A stretch of DNA of 64,000 nucleotides from Akkermansiaceae bacterium. GTDB taxonomy: Bacteria; Verrucomicrobiota; Verrucomicrobiia; Verrucomicrobiales; Akkermansiaceae. A program made the translations under genes and the position numbers. Location: the NCBI GenBank assembly GCA_051251915.1, contig JBPOGF010000005.1, forward strand, positions 96,001 to 160,000, given 5' to 3'. Below, piece by piece: positions 10,214 to 20,487 of this stretch (position 1 is the stretch's first letter; every line of letters starts with the position of its first letter). The notes under the pieces are model-generated. The model made no database searches. It was not told where the DNA came from and saw only the letters and a list, made by a program, of their open reading frames with translations.

Positions 10214-10639
10214 ATGAAATTTAACACCCAACAAGCGCCACCTGTAGGCTTCCAGCTCGCTCCGATGATAGATATCATCTTCTTGTTGCTGGCGTTTTTC
10301 ATTGTGACTTATCAGATGACAGATAATGAAAAAGTGATGGAGATTTCCTTACCTGCAGCATCTGAAGGAAAAGCGAAGCAGAGAGATAATTTAGAGAAAG
10401 TGATCAATATCCACGCTGATGGTGGTATTGTGATAGATCAGAAGCCTTATACCTTGGATGAATTGGAAGCCAAGATGGGTAACCTGGTCCGAGTGAATAA
10501 AAGCCAGCCTATCCGGGTGAGAGGAGATGAGAAGACTGAATACAAGCACATAGTGGACGTCATTAACCGATGTAGTAAAGCGGGCATCTGGAACATCTCA
10601 TTTGCCACTGGCACACCAAAGAAAAATCCAACTAATTAA
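10214..10639 (+). CDS. ExbD/TolR family protein
   Basis: LAPMIDIIFLLLAFFIV, RVRGD..Y..IVDVI. Confidence 0.9.
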   Translation: MKFNTQQAPPVGFQLAPMIDIIFLLLAFFIVTYQMTDNEKVMEISLPAASEGKAKQRDNLEKVINIHADGGIVIDQKPYTLDELEAKMGNLVRVNKSQPIRVRGDEKTEYKHIVDVINRCSKAGIWNISFATGTPKKNPTN

Positions 10640-10654
10640 GCGACCCTACCAGCC

Positions 10655-13066
10655 ATGCGTAACGATATGAAACACCGAGTTTACACATCCACAGTCACCT
10701 CGATAACAACACTCACTCTTGCAGCCAGTGCATTGACTGTTTCTGCTCAGACTCCAGCTCCTGTGGCAGAACCTGTGGTGCCTCAGCTAAAGGCTGACCC
10801 GGGAAATGACTATTTTGCACGGGTGAATCAGATTTATAAATCAGCCGCTATGGCTAAAGATTTCAGTCTTCGGGAGCAGTATTATAAGCAGTCTATTCCT
10901 TTGCTCCAAGACTACTTAAGGCAGTTTCCGGATCATAAGAATGCTGAGGCAGCAAATTACTATCTGGCTGAATGTTATTTCAATACAGGTAAAGTGAGAG
11001 AAGCGCTGACCGTTTATAATAAGATTGTAGCAAAGTATAGAACAGGGCCATACGTGGCGGCATCTACTTATCGGCTTGCACGCGATTATTATAGTAAGGG
11101 TGATTATATGAGTGCGGCAAAGTATTTCGAAATGACTGCGGGTTTTAGCGCAGTGCCGGCTGATAAGACGAAGGCCTTGTACTATCAGGCACAGGCCTAC
11201 ATGCAGGCGAAAAGATCAGACTTAGCGGCTCCTTTATACGCTAAAGTGTCTGATGCTGGGGGGATTAACCCTTTTAGAGAAGATGCGGCGTTATCTTATG
11301 GTAAGTTATCGTTGAAATCTGGAGATTACCAAGAATCTCTCAATGCTTTTGAGAAGTTGATACTTCCGAATCAGTCTGAGGACATCAAGGCTGAAGCGGC
11401 ATACCACGCAGGTGTTGCGGCCAATGGACTAAAGAAGTTAGACATTGCTGAAAAGTATTTTAAAATGTCTATGCTAAGTAATTCCCAGAAATGGAAGGGC
11501 CAAGCGCAGACGGGGCTGATGGGGATACGTTACGTGTTGAAGGACTACCAAGGTGTGATTAAGCTTCTGAGTAGAGGCAAATTTGAAATGTCCGAAGGTT
11601 TCAAAACCAAACAAGGGTTTCTATTGGGGCATTCCTATTTTAAATTAGACCAGTATGCTAGCGCGATAGATCACTTTATCGATGTAGAGATACATGGTAA
11701 GGGCACTGATGATGCATTCAAGGCGGGTTACTACAAGCTACTTTGTTTCTATAACATAAAGAATGCCAGTATCCCGGAGAAAGTAGATCGCTTCCTGGAA
11801 GGGTATGCGGTGAATAATGGGAGGCATAAGTTCATTCACCAGGCTTTGCTGATGAAGGCGGAGACGCTTTTTGCGAAACGCCAGTATGATGAAGCCTCGA
11901 AAGTGTATTCGGCAATAGGAGCAGACATTATCGATGAAAAATACCTACCTGAGATGCTATTTAGAAAGGGGTATTGCCTTTCTAAGGTAGGGAATTTTGC
12001 GGGGGCTGCAAATTCATTGACTGAGTTTGTGGAGAAATACCCTGAGAACCAGAAGGTGATGGAAGCGCTGATCTTGAGGGCTGGGGCTTATAGTAAATTG
12101 GAAAATGCAGCAAAAGCATTGAGAGACTATGACCATGTCATTAAGAACTCAAAAGATGCTCAGTACATAGCGATAGCACTTCAGAAGAGTGGAGTCATTC
12201 AGTTTCAGGATAAGAACTATGATGACATGATCGACCGTTATAAGCAACTTGTGCAAGAGCATCCTAAATTGGAGTCAAGAGTGATTGCGAATGCTAATTA
12301 CTGGATTTGCCGCGCATATTTTAAACAGAAGAAATATCGGTTAGGGCTTCAGTATCTAGAGGATAGTTGGAAGTTGGATAAATTGACCTTCGTGAAGCAG
12401 ATTTCGATGTTGCGTGTTATTGGTCATTTCTCACTAAAGAACTACGAAGAGACAGAAAATGCTATTGCAATCGCTGAAAATGCGGGGCTTCAGAATAAGA
12501 TCCCTCTGGCTGTGTATCGTTGGTTAGGTGAATTTTACTATAACGATAGCAATTTTGAAAAAGCGGCAGATTTACTAGAAAAAGGAATTGAGAAGGGAGC
12601 GGCTAGTGCTTCACCAATCGCGATTTGGAGGTATCTATCTAAAGCGCAAATGCAGACTGGAAAGTTTCAAGAAGCATTTATTTCTGTAAGTAACCTGCTT
12701 AGCATGGAAGAGGAGAAGCCGAGAATAGTAGATGCTCTGCTGGATAAAGCTAAGATACAAATGGAGCTGGGTAAAGATGGTGATGCGAAGCGCACAGCGG
12801 ATTCGGCATTAGAGATGAATCCTACAGGGAGAATCCAAGCTGAGCTGCTAAAGGTCATCGGTGATTTTCATTACAACATAGGTGAGCCAGAGAAGGCGGC
12901 TAACCATTATGTGTTGCTTGTGGATTCAGCTAAAGACCTTTCCTCTCATCCGCAAATACTCGATAGACTTGCAAAAAGTCTCCTGAGAGCAGGCAATGCC
13001 GCTGAAGCTAAGCGTTATGCTGATCAGCTGAGGGCGATCTACCCAGCCTATAAGAGAGAGCAGTAA
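10655..13066 (+). CDS. Exported tetratricopeptide-repeat protein
   Basis: Signal peptide and many TPR-like helix pairs (ANYYLAECYF, ALYYQAQAY); in an operon with exbB/exbD. Confidence 0.8.
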   Translation: MRNDMKHRVYTSTVTSITTLTLAASALTVSAQTPAPVAEPVVPQLKADPGNDYFARVNQIYKSAAMAKDFSLREQYYKQSIPLLQDYLRQFPDHKNAEAANYYLAECYFNTGKVREALTVYNKIVAKYRTGPYVAASTYRLARDYYSKGDYMSAAKYFEMTAGFSAVPADKTKALYYQAQAYMQAKRSDLAAPLYAKVSDAGGINPFREDAALSYGKLSLKSGDYQESLNAFEKLILPNQSEDIKAEAAYHAGVAANGLKKLDIAEKYFKMSMLSNSQKWKGQAQTGLMGIRYVLKDYQGVIKLLSRGKFEMSEGFKTKQGFLLGHSYFKLDQYASAIDHFIDVEIHGKGTDDAFKAGYYKLLCFYNIKNASIPEKVDRFLEGYAVNNGRHKFIHQALLMKAETLFAKRQYDEASKVYSAIGADIIDEKYLPEMLFRKGYCLSKVGNFAGAANSLTEFVEKYPENQKVMEALILRAGAYSKLENAAKALRDYDHVIKNSKDAQYIAIALQKSGVIQFQDKNYDDMIDRYKQLVQEHPKLESRVIANANYWICRAYFKQKKYRLGLQYLEDSWKLDKLTFVKQISMLRVIGHFSLKNYEETENAIAIAENAGLQNKIPLAVYRWLGEFYYNDSNFEKAADLLEKGIEKGAASASPIAIWRYLSKAQMQTGKFQEAFISVSNLLSMEEEKPRIVDALLDKAKIQMELGKDGDAKRTADSALEMNPTGRIQAELLKVIGDFHYNIGEPEKAANHYVLLVDSAKDLSSHPQILDRLAKSLLRAGNAAEAKRYADQLRAIYPAYKREQ

Positions 13067-13085
13067 TCAATAAGCTATCGCCGAA

Positions 13086-14396
13086 ATGTTACCTCAAGAA
13101 ATCATCAAAACGAAAAGGGATGGTCAAATCCTGAGCCAAGAGCAGCTTGAGTTTTTCATCAGGGGCGTGGTGGATGAGTCAGTGACAGAAGGGCAGATTG
13201 CGGCACTTGCTATGGCTGTTTATTTTAGAGGGATGAATCTTGAGGAGCGCGTGGCGTTGACCTCTTCGATGCGTGATAGTGGTGATACTTTAACTTGGGA
13301 GCATCTTGATGGTCCAGTGATTGATAAGCATAGTACTGGTGGTGTTGGGGATAATGTTTCGCTAATGTTAGGGCCTTTGATAGCTGCTTGTGGTGGATAT
13401 GTTCCAATGATTTCAGGAAGAGGGCTTGGTCATACTGGTGGGACGTTGGATAAGCTGGATAGTATCCCTGGTTATCAAACTCAACCGGATCTAGAGCTGT
13501 TGGATAAAGTGGTGAGAGATTGTGGTGTGGCTATTATCGGTCAGACGGCGGATTTAGCTCCAGCAGATAAGAGGATATATGGGATTAGAGATGTCACAGC
13601 AACTGTGGAGAGTCTAGACCTCATTACAGCATCTATTTTATCTAAGAAACTGGCGGCAGGGTTAGAGGGGTTGGTAATGGATGTGAAGACGGGTAGCGGT
13701 GCCTTTATGGAGGACTATGAAGATGCAGTTGCACTTGCGCGTAGTATTGTGGATGTGGCAAACGGGGCAGGTGTGAAGACGTCTGCTATGATCACGGACA
13801 TGAATCAGCCACTAGCGCGTTCGGCCGGTAATGCTGTAGAGATCGTAGAAACGATCAAGATGCTGAAGGGGGAGCTCAGAGGGTCTAGGTTAGAAAAGAT
13901 TGTCTTAGCTCTCAGTGCTGAGTTGCTGTTAACAGGAAATTTAGCAACGGATCAGTCTGATGCTGATGCGATGCTAGGAGAGGCACTTACAAGCGGGAAG
14001 GCGGCAGAAGTCTTTTCTAAGATGGTGGAGGGGCTAGGAGGGCCGAATGATTTATTAGAGAATTATGCTAACCACTTAAAGCAGGCTAATTGCACTACGG
14101 AAGTGAAAGTCAAGGAGGGAGGGTATCTATCGAAGATCAATACCAGAGAGATTGGTTTGGTGGTGGTGGAGCTAGGGGGTGGTAGAATGCGAGCAGATCA
14201 GGATATAGATCACAGTGTGGGACTGACAGAAATAGCGGAGATAGGACAGCAGATTAGTGCAGGTGACAAGCTGTGTGTAATCCACAGTAAAACTCGAGAA
14301 GAGGCGGAGCTGGTGATGAGTAAAGTCATAGATAGTTTTCACCTAACAAGCGAAGCAGTAGAGCTTGCTCCGCTCGTTATAGAAACGATCCGATAG
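13086..14396 (+). CDS. deoA: Thymidine/pyrimidine-nucleoside phosphorylase
   Basis: DKHSTGGVGD, MISGRGLGHTGGTLDKL, ITASILSKK, DVKTGSGAFM. Confidence 0.93.
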   Translation: MLPQEIIKTKRDGQILSQEQLEFFIRGVVDESVTEGQIAALAMAVYFRGMNLEERVALTSSMRDSGDTLTWEHLDGPVIDKHSTGGVGDNVSLMLGPLIAACGGYVPMISGRGLGHTGGTLDKLDSIPGYQTQPDLELLDKVVRDCGVAIIGQTADLAPADKRIYGIRDVTATVESLDLITASILSKKLAAGLEGLVMDVKTGSGAFMEDYEDAVALARSIVDVANGAGVKTSAMITDMNQPLARSAGNAVEIVETIKMLKGELRGSRLEKIVLALSAELLLTGNLATDQSDADAMLGEALTSGKAAEVFSKMVEGLGGPNDLLENYANHLKQANCTTEVKVKEGGYLSKINTREIGLVVVELGGGRMRADQDIDHSVGLTEIAEIGQQISAGDKLCVIHSKTREEAELVMSKVIDSFHLTSEAVELAPLVIETIR

Positions 14397-15275
14397 TTAT
14401 TTCAACGCCTGGGTGATGACTGTGATGTTGTGCTGGAATAAGCCAATGATAGACTTGTGTGAGTCCGCATAGATTTTTGGTGCGAGTTTGATTCCCGATG
14501 CCTTACTCACAGCTTGGAGGGCCTTTGGGTTTGCGGATTCGTCTGGAAAGATGGCTTTAATATTCTTTTGTTTAATAATAGATATCGCTTCTGCTATATA
14601 TTGAGGGGATGCGGCTTGTTCACTGTTGAGTCCACGTAGGGGTAAGGATTGGAAGCCATAGTCCTTGCAGAAGTAACCGAAGGCGGCGTGTGCTGTGGCA
14701 AGTGTGCGTTCAGATTTTGGAATAGTAGCGATCTGGGTTTTTGCCCATGCGTTAAGCTGGTAAAGTTGTGCGCGGTAGGCTTTGGCACGAGCTTTATAGT
14801 ATGCGTTATTTTGAGGATCAAGTTTTGAGAGTTGGGATTCGAGTGTGTTTGCTGATTTGCGCCAGTTCTCAATAGACTGCCACCAATGAGGATCCATGAC
14901 GCCGTTACTGTGGTTCGGGCAGCAAACATAAGTAGACGACTTAGAGCTTATTTTTAGTGAGCGGATGTTTGTGCCTAATTCTAGCATGGTGGCGGATGAG
15001 CCGATGAGGGATTTAAGTTTTGGTAGATAGGGTTCTAGATTTTTGCCTGATGCAATGTAAAGCGATGCTCCTGATGCCTTTCTTAATGTTTTGGTGGTAG
15101 GATTAAATGAGTGGGGGTTTCCGTAAGTACCAATGAGGTCGATTACCTCTACTTTATCTCCACCTACTTGGCGAGCAAGGTCAGCAATGAGGGGGGAGAG
15201 GGTGGCGATTTTCACTTTTGCGTGGGAAATTGCGGTGAAGGTGAGGAATAAAAGTAGTGTTAGGAGTAACTTCAT
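14397..15275 (-). CDS. Zn/Mn ABC transporter substrate-binding protein (cluster A-I, ZnuA-like)
   Basis: NPHSFNP, DPHWW, AHAAFGYF His ligands; signal peptide from MKLLL (ATG 15275). Confidence 0.85.
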   Translation of the reverse strand: MKLLLTLLLFLTFTAISHAKVKIATLSPLIADLARQVGGDKVEVIDLIGTYGNPHSFNPTTKTLRKASGASLYIASGKNLEPYLPKLKSLIGSSATMLELGTNIRSLKISSKSSTYVCCPNHSNGVMDPHWWQSIENWRKSANTLESQLSKLDPQNNAYYKARAKAYRAQLYQLNAWAKTQIATIPKSERTLATAHAAFGYFCKDYGFQSLPLRGLNSEQAASPQYIAEAISIIKQKNIKAIFPDESANPKALQAVSKASGIKLAPKIYADSHKSIIGLFQHNITVITQALK

Positions 15276-15395
15276 AAAAATAATAAAGCGCATCATTCAA
15301 AAATATCAAGTAAATTAATGCAAATTAGTTGCGTTAGAGATGAGGTTGAGAGGTTTGACTTGTCAGTGACTAGATGTATGGATAGAGAAGGCGTC

Positions 15396-15917
15396 ATGAA
15401 AGAGTCTAGCACGCGCACAGATTGGCATACGTGGGAACCTGTGATCCGCGCTACATTGATGTTCATTGTACAGGATGGTGAGGTGTTGTTAATTGATAAA
15501 CTTACTGGGATTGGTAAGGGGAAAGTTAATGGGCCTGGAGGTAAGATTGATCCTGGTGAGACTGCTGAGCAAGCGGTGATACGTGAATGCCAAGAAGAAT
15601 TGCATATTACACCTTTAAAACCTGTGAAGATGGGTGAGTTGTGTTTTGCAATGACAGACATCCCAGATATTCACTGTCATGTTTTTATGGCTTCAGCATT
15701 TACTGGCGAGCCTAGGTCGACTCGTGAAGCTAATCCACTCTGGAAAAAGACCTCAGAGATTCCTTACGAAAGGATGTGGGAAGATGATCGCTACTGGCTT
15801 CCAGAGATGCTGAACGGGAATAAATTTTTTGCGCAGTTTGATTTCGATTTAGAAGAAATCCAATGGATGAATGTGGAGTTAGGGGAGCAAACTGAAGCGT
15901 CTTGGCTGGGGGGTTAA
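15396..15917 (+). CDS. Nudix hydrolase, MTH1-like 8-oxo-dGTPase
   Basis: NGPGGKIDPGETAEQAVIRECQEE Nudix box; IPYERMWEDDRYWLP. Start uncertain. Confidence 0.85.
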   Translation: MKESSTRTDWHTWEPVIRATLMFIVQDGEVLLIDKLTGIGKGKVNGPGGKIDPGETAEQAVIRECQEELHITPLKPVKMGELCFAMTDIPDIHCHVFMASAFTGEPRSTREANPLWKKTSEIPYERMWEDDRYWLPEMLNGNKFFAQFDFDLEEIQWMNVELGEQTEASWLGG

Positions 15918-16672
15918 TCAGTTTGATAAAGTGAGCTTTTGCTGGATAGATTCCGTTCAATCTCAATATCGCCCAGGATATGGCTTTGGATGACTTTAAA
16001 TTGGTTCATTTTCATTAGCTCCAGCACTGCTAGGAATGTTACGATGACTTCGGATTTGGTAGTTGCATCATCGAAGAGGCTAAGGAAATTTTTACGTTCG
16101 CCAGGTTCGGTATTGTCTAGTAAGCTTGCGATTTTATCTGAAACGGTAAATCGGTCATCGATAATGTCACCTAGATCATTGCTTTCTTCAAACCTCTGAA
16201 GAACGCTTTGGAATGCGCGGATGAGGTCGAATATATTGGCGTCTGGTAGTGGCGCTGGCTCGTCATTTAGGATTTCTGGTTTCTCTGGGATATGAGCGAA
16301 ATAATCTTCTTGTTCGATGGCTTTTTGAGAGAGGAACCCTGCAGCATCTTTAAATTTCTTGTATTCGATAAGCTGACGGATTAGCTCCCAGCGTGGATCA
16401 TCTTCTTCCACGTCATCCTCAGGTGGTTGTTCTTGTTTTGGGAGCAGAGTTCGGCTTTTGATGTACATGAGATTCGCAGCCATGACGATAAATTCTGATG
16501 CTAGATCAATGTTAAGCAGTTTGAAAGTGTTGATGTAATCTAGATATTGTTTGGTAACTCTTTCTATCGAGATGTCGTAGATGTCCACTTCATCTTTTTT
16601 GATCAGATAAAGCAGCAGATCTAGTGGACCTTCGAATATGTCTAGCCGAACTTTGTATTTTTCTTCGCTCAC
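15914..16672 (-). CDS. scpA: Segregation and condensation protein A (kleisin)
   Basis: FEGPLDLLLYLI, IKSRTLLP, IVTFLAVLEL. Confidence 0.93.
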   Translation of the reverse strand: MSEEKYKVRLDIFEGPLDLLLYLIKKDEVDIYDISIERVTKQYLDYINTFKLLNIDLASEFIVMAANLMYIKSRTLLPKQEQPPEDDVEEDDPRWELIRQLIEYKKFKDAAGFLSQKAIEQEDYFAHIPEKPEILNDEPAPLPDANIFDLIRAFQSVLQRFEESNDLGDIIDDRFTVSDKIASLLDNTEPGERKNFLSLFDDATTKSEVIVTFLAVLELMKMNQFKVIQSHILGDIEIERNLSSKSSLYQTD

Positions 16673-16731
16673 TTGTAATCAAGTTTATGGAGTTGTTGTT
16701 GATGGTGCAAGCTTGGGTAGTGATAATATTA

Positions 16732-16765
16732 AACAAAAAGCCCCGTGAAATATATCACGAGGCTT
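16732..16765 (-). terminator. Intrinsic terminator of PEP-CTERM copy 1
   Basis: AAGCCCCGTGA-aatata-TCACGAGGCTT stem, preceded by an A run on + (U tract on -). Confidence 0.75.
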
Positions 16766-16802
16766 ATTAAAGAATATTGAAACTCTTGTTGAGAGCTAGA
16801 AA

Positions 16803-17243
16803 TTACTTACGACGACGTAGGATTAGAGCAAGGCCCCCAAGTCCAAGGAGAGCTGTTGAGCTAGGCTCTGGCACAGCATTGAATTCGAAGTCACTGTATG
16901 ATCCAGTTCCAAGTGTTAATTTGGTACCGTCATCAACTAGTGCGTATCCGAATGGGTTAAACACACCAGAATATGAAACCTTAGTTTCGTCATAATCGAT
17001 GATAACTGTTGAATTTTCGTTTACAGTAATTGAAATTCTACCACTTGAACCAGTAGTGATTTGGCCTGAGTCTGTGGAAGGTGGTGCGATAACACTCTCT
17101 GTGAGGTTAAATAGAGCTCCTTCTTGTGTGATAGAGAGGTCACCAATAACTGAATCATTTAGTGTTGTTAGATCGAGTGTGAAAGCAGAAGCTGCTGAAG
17201 TCAGACCTGCTACGCAGATTGATGTTAATAATGTTTTGTTCAT
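16803..17243 (-). CDS. PEP-CTERM sorting-domain protein (tandem copy 1)
   Basis: Signal peptide; C-terminal VPEPSSTALLGLGGLALILRRRK. Confidence 0.92.
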   Translation of the reverse strand: MNKTLLTSICVAGLTSAASAFTLDLTTLNDSVIGDLSITQEGALFNLTESVIAPPSTDSGQITTGSSGRISITVNENSTVIIDYDETKVSYSGVFNPFGYALVDDGTKLTLGTGSYSDFEFNAVPEPSSTALLGLGGLALILRRRK

Positions 17244-17310
17244 AGTATTTTGTTTGGGGTTAGAATTGAATTCACCGTCATAATATACATAATATACTCA
17301 ACATCAATTA

Positions 17311-17327
17311 AAAGTTTTAAAAAGTTT
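17311..17327. promoter_or_regulatory. Imperfect palindrome upstream of PEP-CTERM copy 1
   Basis: AAAGTTTT-A-AAAAGTTT, just upstream of a TTGATG -35-like hexamer on the - strand; equivalent site at 17985. Confidence 0.35.
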
Positions 17328-17400
17328 ACTTTTAATAAAAAAACATCGGATTAATTACATGAAAAGTAGGTAAAGTGTTATATGTATATGTGATTGTTTA

Positions 17401-17435
17401 AAAACAAAAAACCCTGTGAAATGAATCACAGGGTT
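17401..17435 (-). terminator. Intrinsic terminator of PEP-CTERM copy 2
   Basis: AAACCCTGTGA-aatgaa-TCACAGGGTTT perfect stem with an A run on +. Confidence 0.8.
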
Positions 17436-17473
17436 TAGTGCGGAATTTTTAAACTCTCTTGATAATTATGCGA

Positions 17474-17914
17474 TTACTTACGGCGACGTAAGATGAGAGC
17501 AAGGCCACCAAGTCCAAGTAGTGCTGTTGAGCTAGGCTCTGGCACAGCGTCGAATTCGAAGTTAGCGTATGATCCAGTGTGAAGTGTTAGTGCGCTTCCG
17601 CTATCATTGATAGTATAGCCGAATGGGTTGTAGACACCGCTATATGAAACCTTAGTATTGTCATAGTTAATGACTACAGTTGAATTCTGGTTTACAGTGA
17701 TGGAAACATCACCTGTTCCACCTGTGGTGAATTCGCCAGCTTCTGTTGCAGGTGCATCAACAACACCTTCTTCAATAGTGAAAACAGCGCCCTCTTGTGT
17801 GAGAGTGTGGCTTCCAATGACGGTATTGTTAAGTGTTGATAGATCTAGTGTGAAAGCAGAAGCTGCTGAAGACAGCGCTACTGCACAAATTGATGTTAGT
17901 AGTAATTTGTTCAT
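17474..17914 (-). CDS. PEP-CTERM sorting-domain protein (tandem copy 2)
   Basis: 146 aa, gapless alignment to copy 1 (about 70% identity by hand count), identical sorting tail. Confidence 0.92.
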   Translation of the reverse strand: MNKLLLTSICAVALSSAASAFTLDLSTLNNTVIGSHTLTQEGAVFTIEEGVVDAPATEAGEFTTGGTGDVSITVNQNSTVVINYDNTKVSYSGVYNPFGYTINDSGSALTLHTGSYANFEFDAVPEPSSTALLGLGGLALILRRRK

Positions 17915-17984
17915 AGTATTATATAATTTGGGGTTGGAGATAATTCCACCTTCAGATTACATAAATTACTATTAGGGTCAATGA

Positions 17985-18001
17985 AAAGTTTTTAAAACTT
18001 T
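17985..18001. promoter_or_regulatory. Perfect palindrome upstream of PEP-CTERM copy 2
   Basis: AAAGTTTT-T-AAAACTTT, just upstream of a TTGACC -35-like hexamer on the - strand. Confidence 0.4.
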
Positions 18002-18023
18002 ATATTATAACTCATGATGAATA

Positions 18024-18818
18024 TCACTTTATTTTATTAACGTCGAGATTATTAATAAAACTTTTTAATTCAAGTGTCTTAATTATGGCTTGTCCGTTTG
18101 CTACGTAGTTCTTTTCTCTTTCTTTAACAACTCCGATATCTTTAGTGAACCAGATTTCTTTAGATTGTATGATTTTATTGCTACCCTTTATTATCTGATC
18201 CATCTGAATCTTGTCTGCGATGTATTTAGTTCCTTGGATCTCTATTTCGTTTGCCTTATCAACGATTCGGAATTGAAAGTCTGGTAAGCCTGTAGCAGTC
18301 CAGGACCATTTATCTGCAACTTCAGACTTCTCATTATAGAGTAAAATAGGATTTACGCTGATCATCCCCTTCTTTAAATCAGGGTTTTCAGGGTCATGAT
18401 GGTAGGTGCCAAAATAATAGAGTGCGCCTTCTCTATATTCTAGGATTTGCTTTTTTGAGAGTTTGCCATCAATGAAGACATTGATTTGTGGTGCTTTCCT
18501 TTTGAGTGCCTCTACTTCTTTGAGTCCTGCACTTTGTTGAATTTCTTCGTATCTATAGATCATCCCTCGTTTAGTTTTCTCACCTGGATCCTTTAGTGTG
18601 GATTCAAATTTGACTTCGTCAGGAATCTGGACTGAAACAGCATAAGTCCAGGTGTTGCCTTTTTTGAGCAGTTCAGAGCTGTCCGGAGCGATCAGGTTTT
18701 CTTCAGCGGGTTTATTCTCTTTAGTTTCTTGAGCATGAGTGGTGCTCTCGAGACTAATTATCACTAAAGGAGCTAAGGTAGCTAAGAGGGCCTTAGTATT
18801 GATGTTTTTTGGTATCAT
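18024..18818 (-). CDS. Exported hypothetical protein (beta-rich)
   Basis: Signal peptide; GNTWTY and EIWFTKDIGVVKE motifs. Confidence 0.6.
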   Translation of the reverse strand: MIPKNINTKALLATLAPLVIISLESTTHAQETKENKPAEENLIAPDSSELLKKGNTWTYAVSVQIPDEVKFESTLKDPGEKTKRGMIYRYEEIQQSAGLKEVEALKRKAPQINVFIDGKLSKKQILEYREGALYYFGTYHHDPENPDLKKGMISVNPILLYNEKSEVADKWSWTATGLPDFQFRIVDKANEIEIQGTKYIADKIQMDQIIKGSNKIIQSKEIWFTKDIGVVKEREKNYVANGQAIIKTLELKSFINNLDVNKIK

Positions 18819-18841
18819 TAGGGTGTGGTATGTGAAATTAG

Positions 18842-19594
18842 TTAGTTGCTATTTTTGGAAATACTTGTGGCCGCATGTGGAGCCCCCAGACGTTTTTTGG
18901 GTGAAGCATATTTACTAGTAGGAAAACGGTGTGGTCTTCGGTTGTTTATAGCACACATCATAAACCAAAATATTAACAATGCAATGATAGGGACAATGAT
19001 AAGAAGTCCTATTTTCACGAGGTGATAGATGTATGTAATGAATTCTTGTGTCCTTGTATCTGCTGCGGTCTGCTTTTTTTTCTCTTCGTATTTTGGGCGT
19101 TCATTGAGGTAGGAGAGTCTACCCTTGATAATATCTGCAGCGTTCTCAATCAGATCTTGGGTATCTGGCTCACTGGCTAAACTCTGTTTTAGTGATGAAA
19201 TGCAGATGCTTAACTCGTTAACGTCCTCTAAAGCTGGCTGATTTTTGTAGAAAATATCTATAGTGTGTTGCCGAGAGAAAATTCCCACACAGATGAGAAC
19301 ATGAAACTTATTTGATGTATTTCCTTCTTTAGCTGCCTTTTCAAGTGCTGATTCCCAGTTCATGCGTGAGCCGACTTTGGTGTTATTCACGTTATAAAAA
19401 GCGTAACTTACTAGAGTATTCTGATCTGCTGAAATATTTGTTTGGCCTTTCTTCAGTATTTGTCTTTGGTCTTCTGTAATGAGGTCTTCGGGATCGATAA
19501 TTGAGTATTCTGCAGCCTGCAAACTTCCTAAGAGAACAAAGAGAGGAATTATTATGAGTGCTTTAAGAAGATTGATGCGGGATGAGAAGGTCAT
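18842..19594 (-). CDS. Hypothetical membrane protein, possibly TPM-like
   Basis: Signal peptide, IIDPEDLI, C-terminal TM and FP...RLGAPHA tail; its start overlaps the stop of the upstream gene. Confidence 0.5.
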   Translation of the reverse strand: MTFSSRINLLKALIIIPLFVLLGSLQAAEYSIIDPEDLITEDQRQILKKGQTNISADQNTLVSYAFYNVNNTKVGSRMNWESALEKAAKEGNTSNKFHVLICVGIFSRQHTIDIFYKNQPALEDVNELSICISSLKQSLASEPDTQDLIENAADIIKGRLSYLNERPKYEEKKKQTAADTRTQEFITYIYHLVKIGLLIIVPIIALLIFWFMMCAINNRRPHRFPTSKYASPKKRLGAPHAATSISKNSN

Positions 19595-20373
19595 CAGTTT
19601 TTTCTTTTGAAGATTTTATATTTTCTTTTAATCATCCGTTTTGAAGTATCCAAAACAGTAACCAATTCATTGAGGAGATTTGCGATATCGTTGCCGATGT
19701 TATCTTTATTTAGTTTACGATTTATCTCAGAGACGAGTGTTCTTGAGGGCTCATCAGGAATGAAAATCTCTGCCTGGTACCCATAAGTGATTGCGACCTT
19801 GTTTTTAGAGGTATCAATGAGTAGTAAGACATACCATTCCTTGTCCTCCTGTTTTTCTCCATCGGCTAGAGGGCATTGGTTTACCATCCAAATTGCCATT
19901 TGGTGCACCTCAACATTGGCTTGTAGAGGGAGTAAACAGACCTTGGGGATGAACTGTGGATAGCGTTTCTTGATGAATAAGATGGAGTCTTTGATGCGTT
20001 CCGTCTCACTTTTATCTAATCTATTTGAGAAATCTAATACTGGTTCAAGTGTAGGAAGGTGGTCCAGTGGGAGAAGTTTTTCAAGGTAGCTGAATGAAAA
20101 CCCGCAATAGTCGCAGCGATCTAGGGTGCGTTTCTTAAGGATTCTGATGCATTCGGGACAACGTGGTAGGTCACTTGCTAGTTGGCTGGCAAATAATTCT
20201 TTTTTCGAGAGGTTGTCTGGTAAGCCAGATGGATGTTTTAGATTTGTATCTAGATCGTCGTCATCAAGTGGGGCATCTAGGCCATCAACTCTGGAGTCAT
20301 CGATCGGCACATATTTTGCTTTAGAGTGCATGGTGGAATTGCTGTTTTTGGCATCATAGTTTCTGAAGGGCAT
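19594..20373 (-). CDS. TPM-domain-like protein with zinc ribbon
   Basis: CPEC...CDYC, then VLLLID...ITYGYQAE as in TPM domains. Confidence 0.6.
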   Translation of the reverse strand: MPFRNYDAKNSNSTMHSKAKYVPIDDSRVDGLDAPLDDDDLDTNLKHPSGLPDNLSKKELFASQLASDLPRCPECIRILKKRTLDRCDYCGFSFSYLEKLLPLDHLPTLEPVLDFSNRLDKSETERIKDSILFIKKRYPQFIPKVCLLPLQANVEVHQMAIWMVNQCPLADGEKQEDKEWYVLLLIDTSKNKVAITYGYQAEIFIPDEPSRTLVSEINRKLNKDNIGNDIANLLNELVTVLDTSKRMIKRKYKIFKRKN

Positions 20374-20487
20374 AGATCAACTTAAAACCATGATTATAAA
20401 CTAGAATCAGAATTATAATGTGATATTTTTGTGATCTGTGGCAAGTTGTATTCAGAAATAAGAGTTTCTAACAAAAAAAATAAAAAA

